From: Candidatus Omnitrophota bacterium
Lineage (GTDB): Bacteria > Omnitrophota > Gorgyraeia > Zapsychrales > JBDRMG01
Direction: 5' to 3'
Length of the DNA: 40,198 nt
NCBI GenBank assembly: GCA_043812495.1
Contig: JBDRMG010000024.1
Span: 1 to 40,198, forward strand
The notes beneath the pieces were generated by a model. That model searched no databases, had not been told where the DNA came from, and saw nothing but the letters and a program-made list of their open reading frames with translations. Shown here piece by piece: positions 29,456 to 37,551 of this stretch (within the stretch, counting starts at the first letter, position 1; each line of letters begins with the position of its first letter). Both the position numbers and the translations under genes were made by a program.

Positions 29456-29462
29456 TTTTATT

Positions 29463-30437
29463 TTACCAAATGCCAGGAATCTCTGATTGGCAGAATTCAC
29501 ATTTTCCGTTTATGATATGGTTTTCTTGAATCATATATCCGACTCTTTTTACCAGAAGTTTTCCGTCGTTCGGACAATAGGTGTTATTGCCTTCATGGCC
29601 GGGGACATTGCCGACATAGACAAAATGCAGCCCTTCGCTGCGGGCGATTTCATAGGATTTTGTTAACGTGTCGATCGGTGTTGGCGGTAAATTTCGCAAT
29701 TGATGCATGGGCCAAAACCGCGAAAAATGTAACGGCATATCGCACCCGACATGGTCCTTGACCCAACGGCAGAGCTCACGGATTTCCTCTTGGGTGTCAT
29801 TCAGGGTCGGAATGATTAAATTGGTTAACTCGACCCAGACGCCTTGTTGCTGCATCGTCACAATGGTATTTTGGACAACGGATAGATCGAGAGAGCAGAT
29901 ATCCCGATAGAAATTGGCCTTGATGCTTTTTAAATCGACATTTGCGGCGTCGATCAAAGGGCAAAGGTCCAGAAGCGGCTCCTTTTCGATGAGGCCCGCC
30001 GTAATCATGAGATTTAAGATTCCTCGTTGATGAGCTAGGCCGGCCGTATCAAACATATATTCATAGAAGATGACAGGGTCGGAATAGGTGTAGGCGATGC
30101 TTTGACATTTGTTACGAATCGCCGCAGCCACGACCGCCTCCGGGGGGAGGTCGAAGTTGTGCGTTTCCTCGGGTGGTCGTTGAGAAATTTGCCAGTTCTG
30201 GCAGAATTTGCAATGGCCGTTACAACCGGCGGTCGCGATCGAAAAGGCACTAGTGGCCGGCTTCACATGAAAGAGAGGTTTTTTTTCAATAGGATCCACA
30301 TGGACAGCGCAAGGATTTCCGTACACAAGAGAGTAGAGTTTTCCGTCGATATTCATGCGCGCCCGGCAGTCTCCGCGCTGGCCGTTATCTAAAAGACAGT
30401 GCTTGGTGCACAGGTGGCATTGGATTTTTGTGGACAT
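29463..30437 (-). CDS. amrS: AmmeMemoRadiSam-system radical SAM enzyme (PFL-activating-enzyme-like)
   Basis: CHLCTKHC...GDCRAR, DPIEKKPLFH, CNGHCKFCQNWQISQ, IAYTYSDP, HFSRF.P, YVGNV, C-terminal Cys pairs. Confidence 0.9.
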   Translation of the reverse strand: MSTKIQCHLCTKHCLLDNGQRGDCRARMNIDGKLYSLVYGNPCAVHVDPIEKKPLFHVKPATSAFSIATAGCNGHCKFCQNWQISQRPPEETHNFDLPPEAVVAAAIRNKCQSIAYTYSDPVIFYEYMFDTAGLAHQRGILNLMITAGLIEKEPLLDLCPLIDAANVDLKSIKANFYRDICSLDLSVVQNTIVTMQQQGVWVELTNLIIPTLNDTQEEIRELCRWVKDHVGCDMPLHFSRFWPMHQLRNLPPTPIDTLTKSYEIARSEGLHFVYVGNVPGHEGNNTYCPNDGKLLVKRVGYMIQENHIINGKCEFCQSEIPGIW

Positions 30438-30462
30438 AGTTTCAATGTGTTCTTCGTTTATA

Positions 30463-30564
30463 GGTTAAGGTTACGAAGCCAGTGTCGTTGTTTGGTTAAG
30501 GATACGTTCTTTTCAATGACGAATAACATAACCGACAAACGAAACAGGCCTCGTTACCGTAACC
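30463..30564. repeat. About 45-bp imperfect inverted repeat with GGTTA/TAACC motifs
   Basis: 30463-30506 is approximately the reverse complement of 30520-30564. Confidence 0.8.
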
Positions 30565-30581
30565 GATCAACATAACCAAAT

Positions 30582-31235
30582 CTATTCTTTAATGGCTCTC
30601 CAGTATTTTGCTTCGCGGGGTTGGATGCCCGCTTTTCTTAATTTCTCTTTTAGGACCGTTGAATCAGATGACTCACTACGCGTTTCTTGAATAATCTTTT
30701 GACCCAAAACTTCAGGCACCAGAATCATCAAGCTTTTGTGGACGGCTTCAATGATCGCTTGACTTGTGATGGTGGCCTGGCTGATCCCATCGATATCTTC
30801 TCCGAGCTTAAAAGCGCTGCTTGTCTTAAGGCCGACGAATTGCTTGATAAAATCTCCAAGAGACGCGACATACGAAGAGGTTTCATGGTGGGAAACAACA
30901 TGCAATCCCGCAATGGTTCCTTGTGGGTCTACGCCCACCATGATGTTGATCGGTCCGACAAAGCCTTTGGTGTCAGGAACGATATCCAAAGTTGAATATA
31001 TGAAACCCAGAAACTCCTTGTGCCCAGTTTCTGGATTGACTCCTAATATTTTGATATAAGGAAACTGACCTTTTTGCTCGGTATAGCTTTGTGCCTCAGG
31101 AAAGAGAGTTTGCGCCATGTTCCGCTTAGCCTCTCCCAGCTCAGAGAGTTGGCGGTCCAAAGGACGACGGAAACTAAGCATTGCGATCCCAAGTAAAAGA
31201 GAAAAGATAATAACAAACAGGTACAGTTTTTTCAT
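30582..31235 (-). CDS. Membrane-anchored FMN-binding domain protein (RnfG/NosR-like)
   Basis: KGFVGPINIMVGVD, HHET, DGISQATITS flavinylation-like motif; C-terminal REAKYW. Confidence 0.85.
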   Translation of the reverse strand: MKKLYLFVIIFSLLLGIAMLSFRRPLDRQLSELGEAKRNMAQTLFPEAQSYTEQKGQFPYIKILGVNPETGHKEFLGFIYSTLDIVPDTKGFVGPINIMVGVDPQGTIAGLHVVSHHETSSYVASLGDFIKQFVGLKTSSAFKLGEDIDGISQATITSQAIIEAVHKSLMILVPEVLGQKIIQETRSESSDSTVLKEKLRKAGIQPREAKYWRAIKE

Positions 31236-31708
31236 ATGAGTTTATTTTACTTCTTCTGCGGCCATCGTGCAATGAGAAAACATTTCGGGAAACATTTCGG
31301 TGGCTGAGGTTGGGCGTCACCTTCAAAAAAGAGAAATATAAAATTGCGCCCAAAAATGTTTATTTTTGCGATCATGGAAGAGGATTATGAGACCACAATT
31401 CTTATCCAAAGAACAAAAATAAGCGGTGGATACTTCAACTCTCCCTCAGGATGTCTTGGCAAGGCAATCACCTTTTTTGGGAGAAATTATACGATCCACA
31501 AGAAAGTTATTCTGGATCAAGCGGGAAAGTCAAAAGGCTAAAAAACCCTTGCGGTGTTCGTAAAGGTTTTGATCTTTTTGCGGTTGCGATTTTTCTGTTT
31601 GATGCTTATAATATCAGACGAACCATGGGTTAAGACGTTTCCCTTAAACTCTTGAAAAGCAGACGTTTATTTGTCTATTGGACAGAAACTTTGTTACGGA
31701 GGAAAGCG

Positions 31709-32119
31709 ATGCCAGAAAAATCAAAACGAAAAACAACATTTAATTATTTAAATAAATTCCAAAAGAGAATTTTGTATCCGATTTTGGTTCCGAGTTTTAG
31801 CCTATGTCTTTTTTCCATGCTATGTCTGTCTTTTTATTATGAAATGAATTTGAACCAGAGTCATCTACAGCAGATCGACCCCTATCTGGTCAATTTCTTT
31901 GTTCCGGGGTTCCTTCTCGTTTGTCTCATGATGATGCTTTTTGTGACCCTTTGGATTCTCTTAATATCCAATAAGATTTTCGGTGCTTATGACCGGCTTA
32001 TCAAAGAGCTGGATGACATGCTCCAGGGAAAAGGAAAGAAAATCATAACTGTACGCAAAGGCGATGAAATGTTTAATGAATTATTGAAGCGTTTTAACGC
32101 CTTGCTGAAGAAAGACTAA
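31709..32119 (+). CDS. Small 2-TM protein with HAMP-like C-terminus (paralog 1)
   Basis: GGAGG RBS; SNKIFGAYDRLIKELD...VRKGDEM. Confidence 0.8.
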   Translation: MPEKSKRKTTFNYLNKFQKRILYPILVPSFSLCLFSMLCLSFYYEMNLNQSHLQQIDPYLVNFFVPGFLLVCLMMMLFVTLWILLISNKIFGAYDRLIKELDDMLQGKGKKIITVRKGDEMFNELLKRFNALLKKD

Positions 32120-32138
32120 AGTCGAAAAGGAGGGACTC

Positions 32139-32552
32139 ATGTCCGCACAGCGACTCAGAAAATCGTTAGCCAACATTAACCGCTATCAGAAGGAAATTAT
32201 TTATCCTGTTCTTGTGCCAAGCTTCGCCATCGGTCTTTTTACGTTGCTAAGTCTAGCCTATTACTACAATTTTGATTATCGCCTGGATACAGGGCTCTCT
32301 TTTGATCCGTTTTTTTTGAATTTTGTTATTCCCTTGTTTTTGGTGGTCCTTTTGTTCTTTATGGTCTTTATTTCGATCTGGATTTGCGGTGTATCGAACA
32401 GAATCGTCGGTCCTCATGAGCGGATTATTAGGGAATTAGACGACATCTTGGCGGATAAAGGTAAAAAACGCCTGACCATACGCAAAGATGATCAGATGTA
32501 TAAGGAACTCACGGATCGCATCAATGCCCTGATAAAAAAATTTGCAGGATAA
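32139..32552 (+). CDS. Small 2-TM protein with HAMP-like C-terminus (paralog 2)
   Basis: AGGAGG RBS; SNRIVGPHERIIRELD...IRKDDQM. Confidence 0.8.
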   Translation: MSAQRLRKSLANINRYQKEIIYPVLVPSFAIGLFTLLSLAYYYNFDYRLDTGLSFDPFFLNFVIPLFLVVLLFFMVFISIWICGVSNRIVGPHERIIRELDDILADKGKKRLTIRKDDQMYKELTDRINALIKKFAG

Positions 32553-32556
32553 GAAA

Positions 32557-33086
32557 ATGGGAAAAAAAAGAAAATCGTTATGATTGATGACGAGGCGGAT
32601 CTTTGCCTGATGGTCAAAGAGAATCTAGAGGAGACGCAAAAATTTATTGTCGTCACGACAACTCAGCCCGAAACCGCCAGAAATCTTGTCGAACAAGAGA
32701 ATCCTGATTTGATTTTTCTCGATATTGTTATGCCCAAGATGGAAGGTCAGCAGCTTATTGAACAATTCAAGGAAGAGCCCAAGATGTGCGCTATTCCTAT
32801 TGTCGTGATTAGCGGTCTTGGCGAAATGGCCTATTTTAAGAAAGGAGATAAATGGCGCTGGCTTCCCAATCGACCGGTCGTGCGTGAGCGAGGCAGAGTC
32901 ATTGAAGAGAAAAATCCTGAAATAGCCGCTCAAAAATACGATGTCGATACCTACATTCATAAGCCTTTCTCGACAGAAGCACTGGTCCAGGTCATGGAAG
33001 AAGTGTTGAAAGAGCAAAAACGTAAGCGTGAAAGAAAACAGCAAGAACAAGAAAATGAAGAAAGAAAACAGCAAGGGATTGGCTAA
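32557..33086 (+). CDS. Response regulator receiver with insertion; apparent 1-nt frameshift in an A8 tract near the start
   Basis: ORF from 32580 begins mid-beta1 (MIDDE); ATG 32557 plus one more A gives MGKKKKIVMIDDE. Confidence 0.75.
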
Positions 33087-33110
33087 ATCCTTTTTAAGGA
33101 GGAGTATAGG

Positions 33111-33530
33111 GTGATTAACAGAAGTTATTTGGGAATAAAGATTCTTTCCTTGGTTGCTCTAGTTTTCTTTTTTCAGCGTTTTTTTGTCTTGAGTCTGATG
33201 TATATTTTTGAGTCAAAAACTCTGATAGCCACCAAGGCGGTCTATGGTTCATGCGGACTTATTGCATGGATTTTTGAAATTCTTTATGCGGGATTTCTCT
33301 TTTGCGGACTTTTGGGAAGTTTAATGTCCTTTGGCCTTAAGGAAAGAGGTCGGCAAATTCTTATTCTTGCGTTATTCGGAAATTTAGTTTTCTATGGGAT
33401 CTCCTTTTTGCCGAAGGTTTATCTCGTCACATACGATGAAGGCGTAGCCTTAGCGGTTTTTTATTTTGCATCGCTTCTTTTCTTGACTCGCCCCAAAGTG
33501 AAAGAAAATTTATCGTTGATGAAACGATGA
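33111..33530 (+). CDS. Hypothetical membrane protein
   Basis: AAGGAGGAG RBS, GTG start, about 4 hydrophobic segments. Confidence 0.75.
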   Translation: MINRSYLGIKILSLVALVFFFQRFFVLSLMYIFESKTLIATKAVYGSCGLIAWIFEILYAGFLFCGLLGSLMSFGLKERGRQILILALFGNLVFYGISFLPKVYLVTYDEGVALAVFYFASLLFLTRPKVKENLSLMKR

Positions 33531-33640
33531 AAAACCTCAAGGCCTAAAATGTTCATTGGAAACACGCAAAAAGGAAAAAAAGGGAAATGATGCTACACCG
33601 ATTTTTCATAAAACTGTGTGAGTGTTAAAGGAGGTGTCCC

Positions 33641-33895
33641 ATGCAAGAAAAGGAAATTGGCGTGGTCACGCATTATTTTGGAAAAGTTTCCGTGGGGATC
33701 ATTGACTTATCGGATTCCTTAAAAGTGGGCGATTCCATTCATATCAAGAGTGCGCATGATGATCTTACGCAGAAAGTTGAATCCATGCAAATTGAACATG
33801 AAAGTTTAACCGAAGCCAAAAAGGGTGACGCGGTTGGCATCAAAGTCGTCAAGCGTGTCCATCCCAACGACAAGGTTTTTCTCATTCTGCCGTAG
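33641..33895 (+). CDS. Small EF-Tu domain II-like / U32 C-terminal-like beta-barrel protein
   Basis: EIGVVTHYFGKVSVGII...LKVGDSIHI...VESMQI...GIKV. Confidence 0.8.
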   Translation: MQEKEIGVVTHYFGKVSVGIIDLSDSLKVGDSIHIKSAHDDLTQKVESMQIEHESLTEAKKGDAVGIKVVKRVHPNDKVFLILP

Positions 33896-33947
33896 ACGCA
33901 AGACAAAGGTGTGGGCAAATTATTTTACCTTATTTCTGGAGAATCCC

Positions 33948-34325
33948 ATGCAAGACAGAAGACGATGCCATCGACTCAATATTGAACTACCCGCAAGTTA
34001 TCAAGCCCAAGGAAATCAGGGGTCTTTAACCGTTGCTTCAACGCTAGATCTGAGCGCCACAGGAATCTGTTTGCGCTCAAGAGACAAATTACATCAAGGC
34101 CAGAAGCTACCCGTTCAGGTTACGTTGCCCGCGGGTGAAAAAATACTTATTCATGTTGAGGTTATTTGGGTACAAGAAATTTATGAAGCAAGTCCCACCG
34201 AGTTTAAAATCGGTCTGAAGATCGACGAACCCCTAAAAGCCGACGAGTCCAAATTTGTTCGGTTTTACGCAAGTCAATTACTCGAGTTTTTTAAAGAAAA
34301 TCCGCAAGCTAATCGTCCTTCATGA
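33948..34325 (+). CDS. PilZ-domain protein
   Basis: RRCHR (RxxxR) and DLSATG (DxSxxG); GGAG RBS. Confidence 0.85.
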   Translation: MQDRRRCHRLNIELPASYQAQGNQGSLTVASTLDLSATGICLRSRDKLHQGQKLPVQVTLPAGEKILIHVEVIWVQEIYEASPTEFKIGLKIDEPLKADESKFVRFYASQLLEFFKENPQANRPS

Positions 34326-35086
34326 AAAAAGTGACCCTTCTTTTATGTTTTTTTTGTTTAGGCATTGCTGTTCCTTTGTGGGCTCAGGATGCCGATAACA
34401 TTTTGCGTTATGGTTATGCCGGCTATAACTCGAAGGATCAAGAACGCTGGAGCGCGTCTGTGACGATTACTCCGCCATCAGGGCAAGAAGAAATAGGTAA
34501 GATCGTTGAGCGGGGAGGAGGGAGATTTAGCGCTTATCCGGGCATCACATCGTGGGTTTCGACACTTGAGTTTCGAGAGCAAGAAGACTCTCTGCAGCCG
34601 CTTCAAATGGAAAAGAATGTTTACGATCAAAAAGGGCAATTGATCGAACGTACATTCCAAGCGTTTGATTATGATGAGAAAAAAGTCACGCACCGCAATG
34701 AAAAGTCCGGGAGCGAGCGACCCATAGAAAAAGTTTATGGATTCGGTGACAGCATAACGAATAAACTTCTTTTGGGACTTTTTGTTCAGGAATTTCTGCA
34801 AAAAGGCGAACGTCATAAGATGACGTATTTTATTAGCGATGAGCCTCGTTTGTATAATATTGATATTCGCATTGTCAGAGAAGAGGAAATCACCGTAAGG
34901 AGTAAGAAGCGTAAAGCCTTTAAGCTTATGATTGATCCAAACTTAGGTATCTTCAATATCTTCAAGATTTTCCTGCCGCGGGCTTATCTCTGGCATGCCG
35001 CGACAAAACCGTATGAGTGGCTACAATACGAAGGACCAGAAAGTAATCCAACGTCAATCAGGATCCAGATTAGACAGAAATATTAG
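34322..35086 (+). CDS. Exported hypothetical protein (DUF3108-like beta-rich fold possible)
   Basis: Signal peptide ending LWA-Q; beta-rich; EEEITV. Confidence 0.65.
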   Translation: MKKVTLLLCFFCLGIAVPLWAQDADNILRYGYAGYNSKDQERWSASVTITPPSGQEEIGKIVERGGGRFSAYPGITSWVSTLEFREQEDSLQPLQMEKNVYDQKGQLIERTFQAFDYDEKKVTHRNEKSGSERPIEKVYGFGDSITNKLLLGLFVQEFLQKGERHKMTYFISDEPRLYNIDIRIVREEEITVRSKKRKAFKLMIDPNLGIFNIFKIFLPRAYLWHAATKPYEWLQYEGPESNPTSIRIQIRQKY

Positions 35087-35113
35087 CGTTTTTTTATCTT
35101 GAAGTTACCGAAT

Positions 35114-35221
35114 TTATTGGTCTTTTCCTTATTAATGGAACAGTCAATAATATTCTCTCTATACGAGAAAGAAGACCTAATATTGACTTCCACCGTTCCT
35201 TTAATAAAGAGAAAGTCAATA
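35114..35221 (-). repeat. 108-bp imperfect palindromic dispersed repeat, copy 2
   Basis: Reverse complement of 1318-1425 with 2 mismatches. Confidence 0.9.
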
Positions 35222-35318
35222 ATGATAAGCTTTCCGAAGAAATAGGATATTCTAAACATAGATTTCTGGGTGATGATCACTCCCTCTCAATACTAAAAAT
35301 GGAGACTTTTATTAAAAA

Positions 35319-36095
35319 ATGAATACGGAGCCGAAATTATTAGAAAAAGAGGCTTATAACTTTCTTGCGCAAGAGAAGTTTGAAGAGGCCTTTCGCCTCT
35401 TTGAGCGGGCCGCCGGTGAATACAAACGGCAAGGCAATCATCATCAGGCCGCCTTTTGCTATTCATCAGCGGGTAGTTGCTGGAGCAAAAGATCCGGTGA
35501 AAAGACTTTTACGTATGCGGCCAAATCTTATGAAGAAGCGGCAAAAGAGGCACAAAAAAACGGAGATTATGAATACGCGTCCTTACTTTTTAAATACGCC
35601 GCTATCAATTACGAACGGGATGGCGAATTTCTTGATTTTTCTGAAAGTTTCTATCATTCCAAGGAAAGCTACAGAAGATTCTTGACGTATCGACTGATGA
35701 ATCCTGGAAAAATTCATCCTATTATTGAAACAAAGGAAGAGAGGGGGGTCAAAGGTTTTGTTAAGCGTATCGGCAAATGGGTTCTTTTGACCTTTTCTTG
35801 TCTCATATGGGGACATGGGGAGCGGCCGGCGCGAACATTTTTTAGCGCTATTTTGATTGTTTGCTTGGCCTCAGTTTTATATACTTTTGGCGTCCTGATC
35901 AAGGAAGGAATGATATTCAAGCCAGATCTTTTCGAGGCCTTCTATTTTAGCACCGTGACATTCACAACCGTTGGATACGGCGATATCACACCCATCGGAA
36001 TTAATAAAATTGTAGCTATGTTAGAAGCTTTTTCAGGGATATTTGTTATGCCGCTTTTTGTCATTAGTTTGTCCAGAAAGTATTTAAGAGTTTAA
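35319..36095 (+). CDS. Potassium channel pore (2-TM) with N-terminal helical-repeat domain
   Basis: FYFSTVTFTTVGYGDITP selectivity filter; Ala/Tyr-rich TPR/SNAP-like N-terminus. Confidence 0.85.
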   Translation: MNTEPKLLEKEAYNFLAQEKFEEAFRLFERAAGEYKRQGNHHQAAFCYSSAGSCWSKRSGEKTFTYAAKSYEEAAKEAQKNGDYEYASLLFKYAAINYERDGEFLDFSESFYHSKESYRRFLTYRLMNPGKIHPIIETKEERGVKGFVKRIGKWVLLTFSCLIWGHGERPARTFFSAILIVCLASVLYTFGVLIKEGMIFKPDLFEAFYFSTVTFTTVGYGDITPIGINKIVAMLEAFSGIFVMPLFVISLSRKYLRV

Positions 36096-36120
36096 TAAAT
36101 GCAAGGAATGGGGGTATACA

Positions 36121-36702
36121 ATGAATCATCTCATCGTTTATGGTCATCCTAACCCAAAAAGCTTTAATCGGGCTATTGTGGACACCTTGAAGGCAGCTCT
36201 CGAAGAAAAAGAACATGAGGTGCGCCTGAGGGATCTTTGTGCCTTAAAATTTAATCCCAACCTGAGTCAGCTTGAGATGGAAAATATTGAGAAAAACTTA
36301 ATACCCGTGGATGTACAGACCGAACATGAGCATATCAAGTGGGCCAACGTCATAACGTTTGTTTTTCCCATATGGTGGGGCGGGCCTCCGGCGATTCTTA
36401 AAGGGTACCTGGATCGCGTCTTAAGTAAAAATTTTGCTTATACGGAAAGTGAAGGCGGCTCCAAAGGTCTTTTGACGGATAAGAAAGTTTTTACCATCAA
36501 TACGATTGATGCGCCTCAAGAGGTCTATGAGAAAGAAGAACTCTTTAAAAGCATGAATCTCATATGGGATAAAATTACGTTGTTGTTTGCAGGCATTCAG
36601 CCTTTGGGACATAAATATTTTTCATTTGTTTCCGGATCCAGCGATGAACAGCGCAAGGCTATGCTGGAAGAGGTTAAAAAACTTGCCAATGAACTCAAAT
36701 AA
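36121..36702 (+). CDS. Flavodoxin-2 family NAD(P)H:quinone oxidoreductase (MdaB/KefF-like)
   Basis: HPNPKSFN, FPIWWGGPPAILKGYLDRV. Confidence 0.88.
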   Translation: MNHLIVYGHPNPKSFNRAIVDTLKAALEEKEHEVRLRDLCALKFNPNLSQLEMENIEKNLIPVDVQTEHEHIKWANVITFVFPIWWGGPPAILKGYLDRVLSKNFAYTESEGGSKGLLTDKKVFTINTIDAPQEVYEKEELFKSMNLIWDKITLLFAGIQPLGHKYFSFVSGSSDEQRKAMLEEVKKLANELK

Positions 36703-36766
36703 TTTTCTTAAATAGACTTCACAAGTAAGGAAGAGGTGATATAATCTTTGAAACTCGGAATTTCTT

Positions 36767-37039
36767 ATGTCATTCATCCTTACTTGTCTCAAACATCTCC
36801 TTCTTCTTATCTTTGGCGGCGCCATTGTGGCCTTTATCCCCATCACCGGCTATTGGATTTTTAAGGAATACCAATTGACCTTTAAACGCAAAGGGATGAA
36901 TTACAAGGTTCTCCTCGTTATTTATGGTCTTGGGGTTATGGTTTTCGGAGCTATCTATTTCTACAATATTCAGAAAAATCATTCCCTGGGGATTCAATCA
37001 AAATCCCTTGAAGAATATATAAGCACAAAAAAAGAATAA
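36767..37039 (+). CDS. Small 2-TM hypothetical protein
   Basis: 90 aa, two hydrophobic segments, followed by a terminator. Confidence 0.6.
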   Translation: MSFILTCLKHLLLLIFGGAIVAFIPITGYWIFKEYQLTFKRKGMNYKVLLVIYGLGVMVFGAIYFYNIQKNHSLGIQSKSLEEYISTKKE

Positions 37040-37056
37040 AGAGAAGCCTTAAAATA

Positions 37057-37096
37057 AAGCGGCGGCTGTCTTTCTTGACAGCCGCCGCTTCTTTTT
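37057..37096 (+). terminator. Intrinsic terminator (possibly bidirectional)
   Basis: AAGCGGCGGCTGTC-TTTCTT-GACAGCCGCCGCTT then CTTTTT. Confidence 0.8.
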
Positions 37097-37111
37097 GGAT
37101 CAAAAAAATGA

Positions 37112-37184
37112 TTGACAGAATATTAGAATATGCTAATATTCTAATATGCTAATATTCTAATATTCTAATATTCTAATATTCTAA
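37112..37184 (+). promoter_or_regulatory. Promoter and probable ArsR operator with 8-bp tandem repeats
   Basis: TTGACA (37112) and TGcTAATAT (37131-37139); palindrome AGAATATTAG-AATATG-CTAATATTCT; six CTAATAT(T/G) units. Confidence 0.7.
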
Positions 37185-37198
37185 ACGGAGGATATCCC

Positions 37199-37501
37199 AT
37201 GAAACAGCCTATTCTTAAGAACCTGGAACAAGCCGCATTCATGCTGCGAACCGTCGCTCATCCTGCGCGCATCGAAATCATCAATCTCCTCAAGCAACGG
37301 TCATCGCTGGCGGTCGGGGAAATTCAACAATCCCTGGGGATTACGCAATCCATGACCTCACAGCATTTAGCTTTACTCAAGAAAATCGGTATCGTGGATT
37401 ATACAAAAAAAGCCAATGCCTGCTTCTATTATTTAAAGAATAAGAATGTTCTTAAGCTCATTGATTGCGTCCAAGGCTGTTGCTCGGCCAAGTCCCTTTA
37501 A
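37199..37501 (+). CDS. ArsR/SmtB-family transcriptional regulator
   Basis: AHPARIEII...VGEI...SQHLALLK; C-terminal CVQGCC. Confidence 0.9.
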   Translation: MKQPILKNLEQAAFMLRTVAHPARIEIINLLKQRSSLAVGEIQQSLGITQSMTSQHLALLKKIGIVDYTKKANACFYYLKNKNVLKLIDCVQGCCSAKSL

Positions 37502-37551
37502 GTTGATTCACAAAACATGTATAATAATAAACCTTAAAAAGGAGACAATTC

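Noticed and set aside
31278..31300. Direct repeat AAACATTTCGG x2 in the divergent intergenic region
   Set aside because: Only two copies and no candidate regulator; cannot be distinguished from a chance duplication
31344..31633. Short ORFs of 65 and 60 aa in the intergenic region
   Set aside because: No recognisable motifs or convincing RBS; they overlap each other
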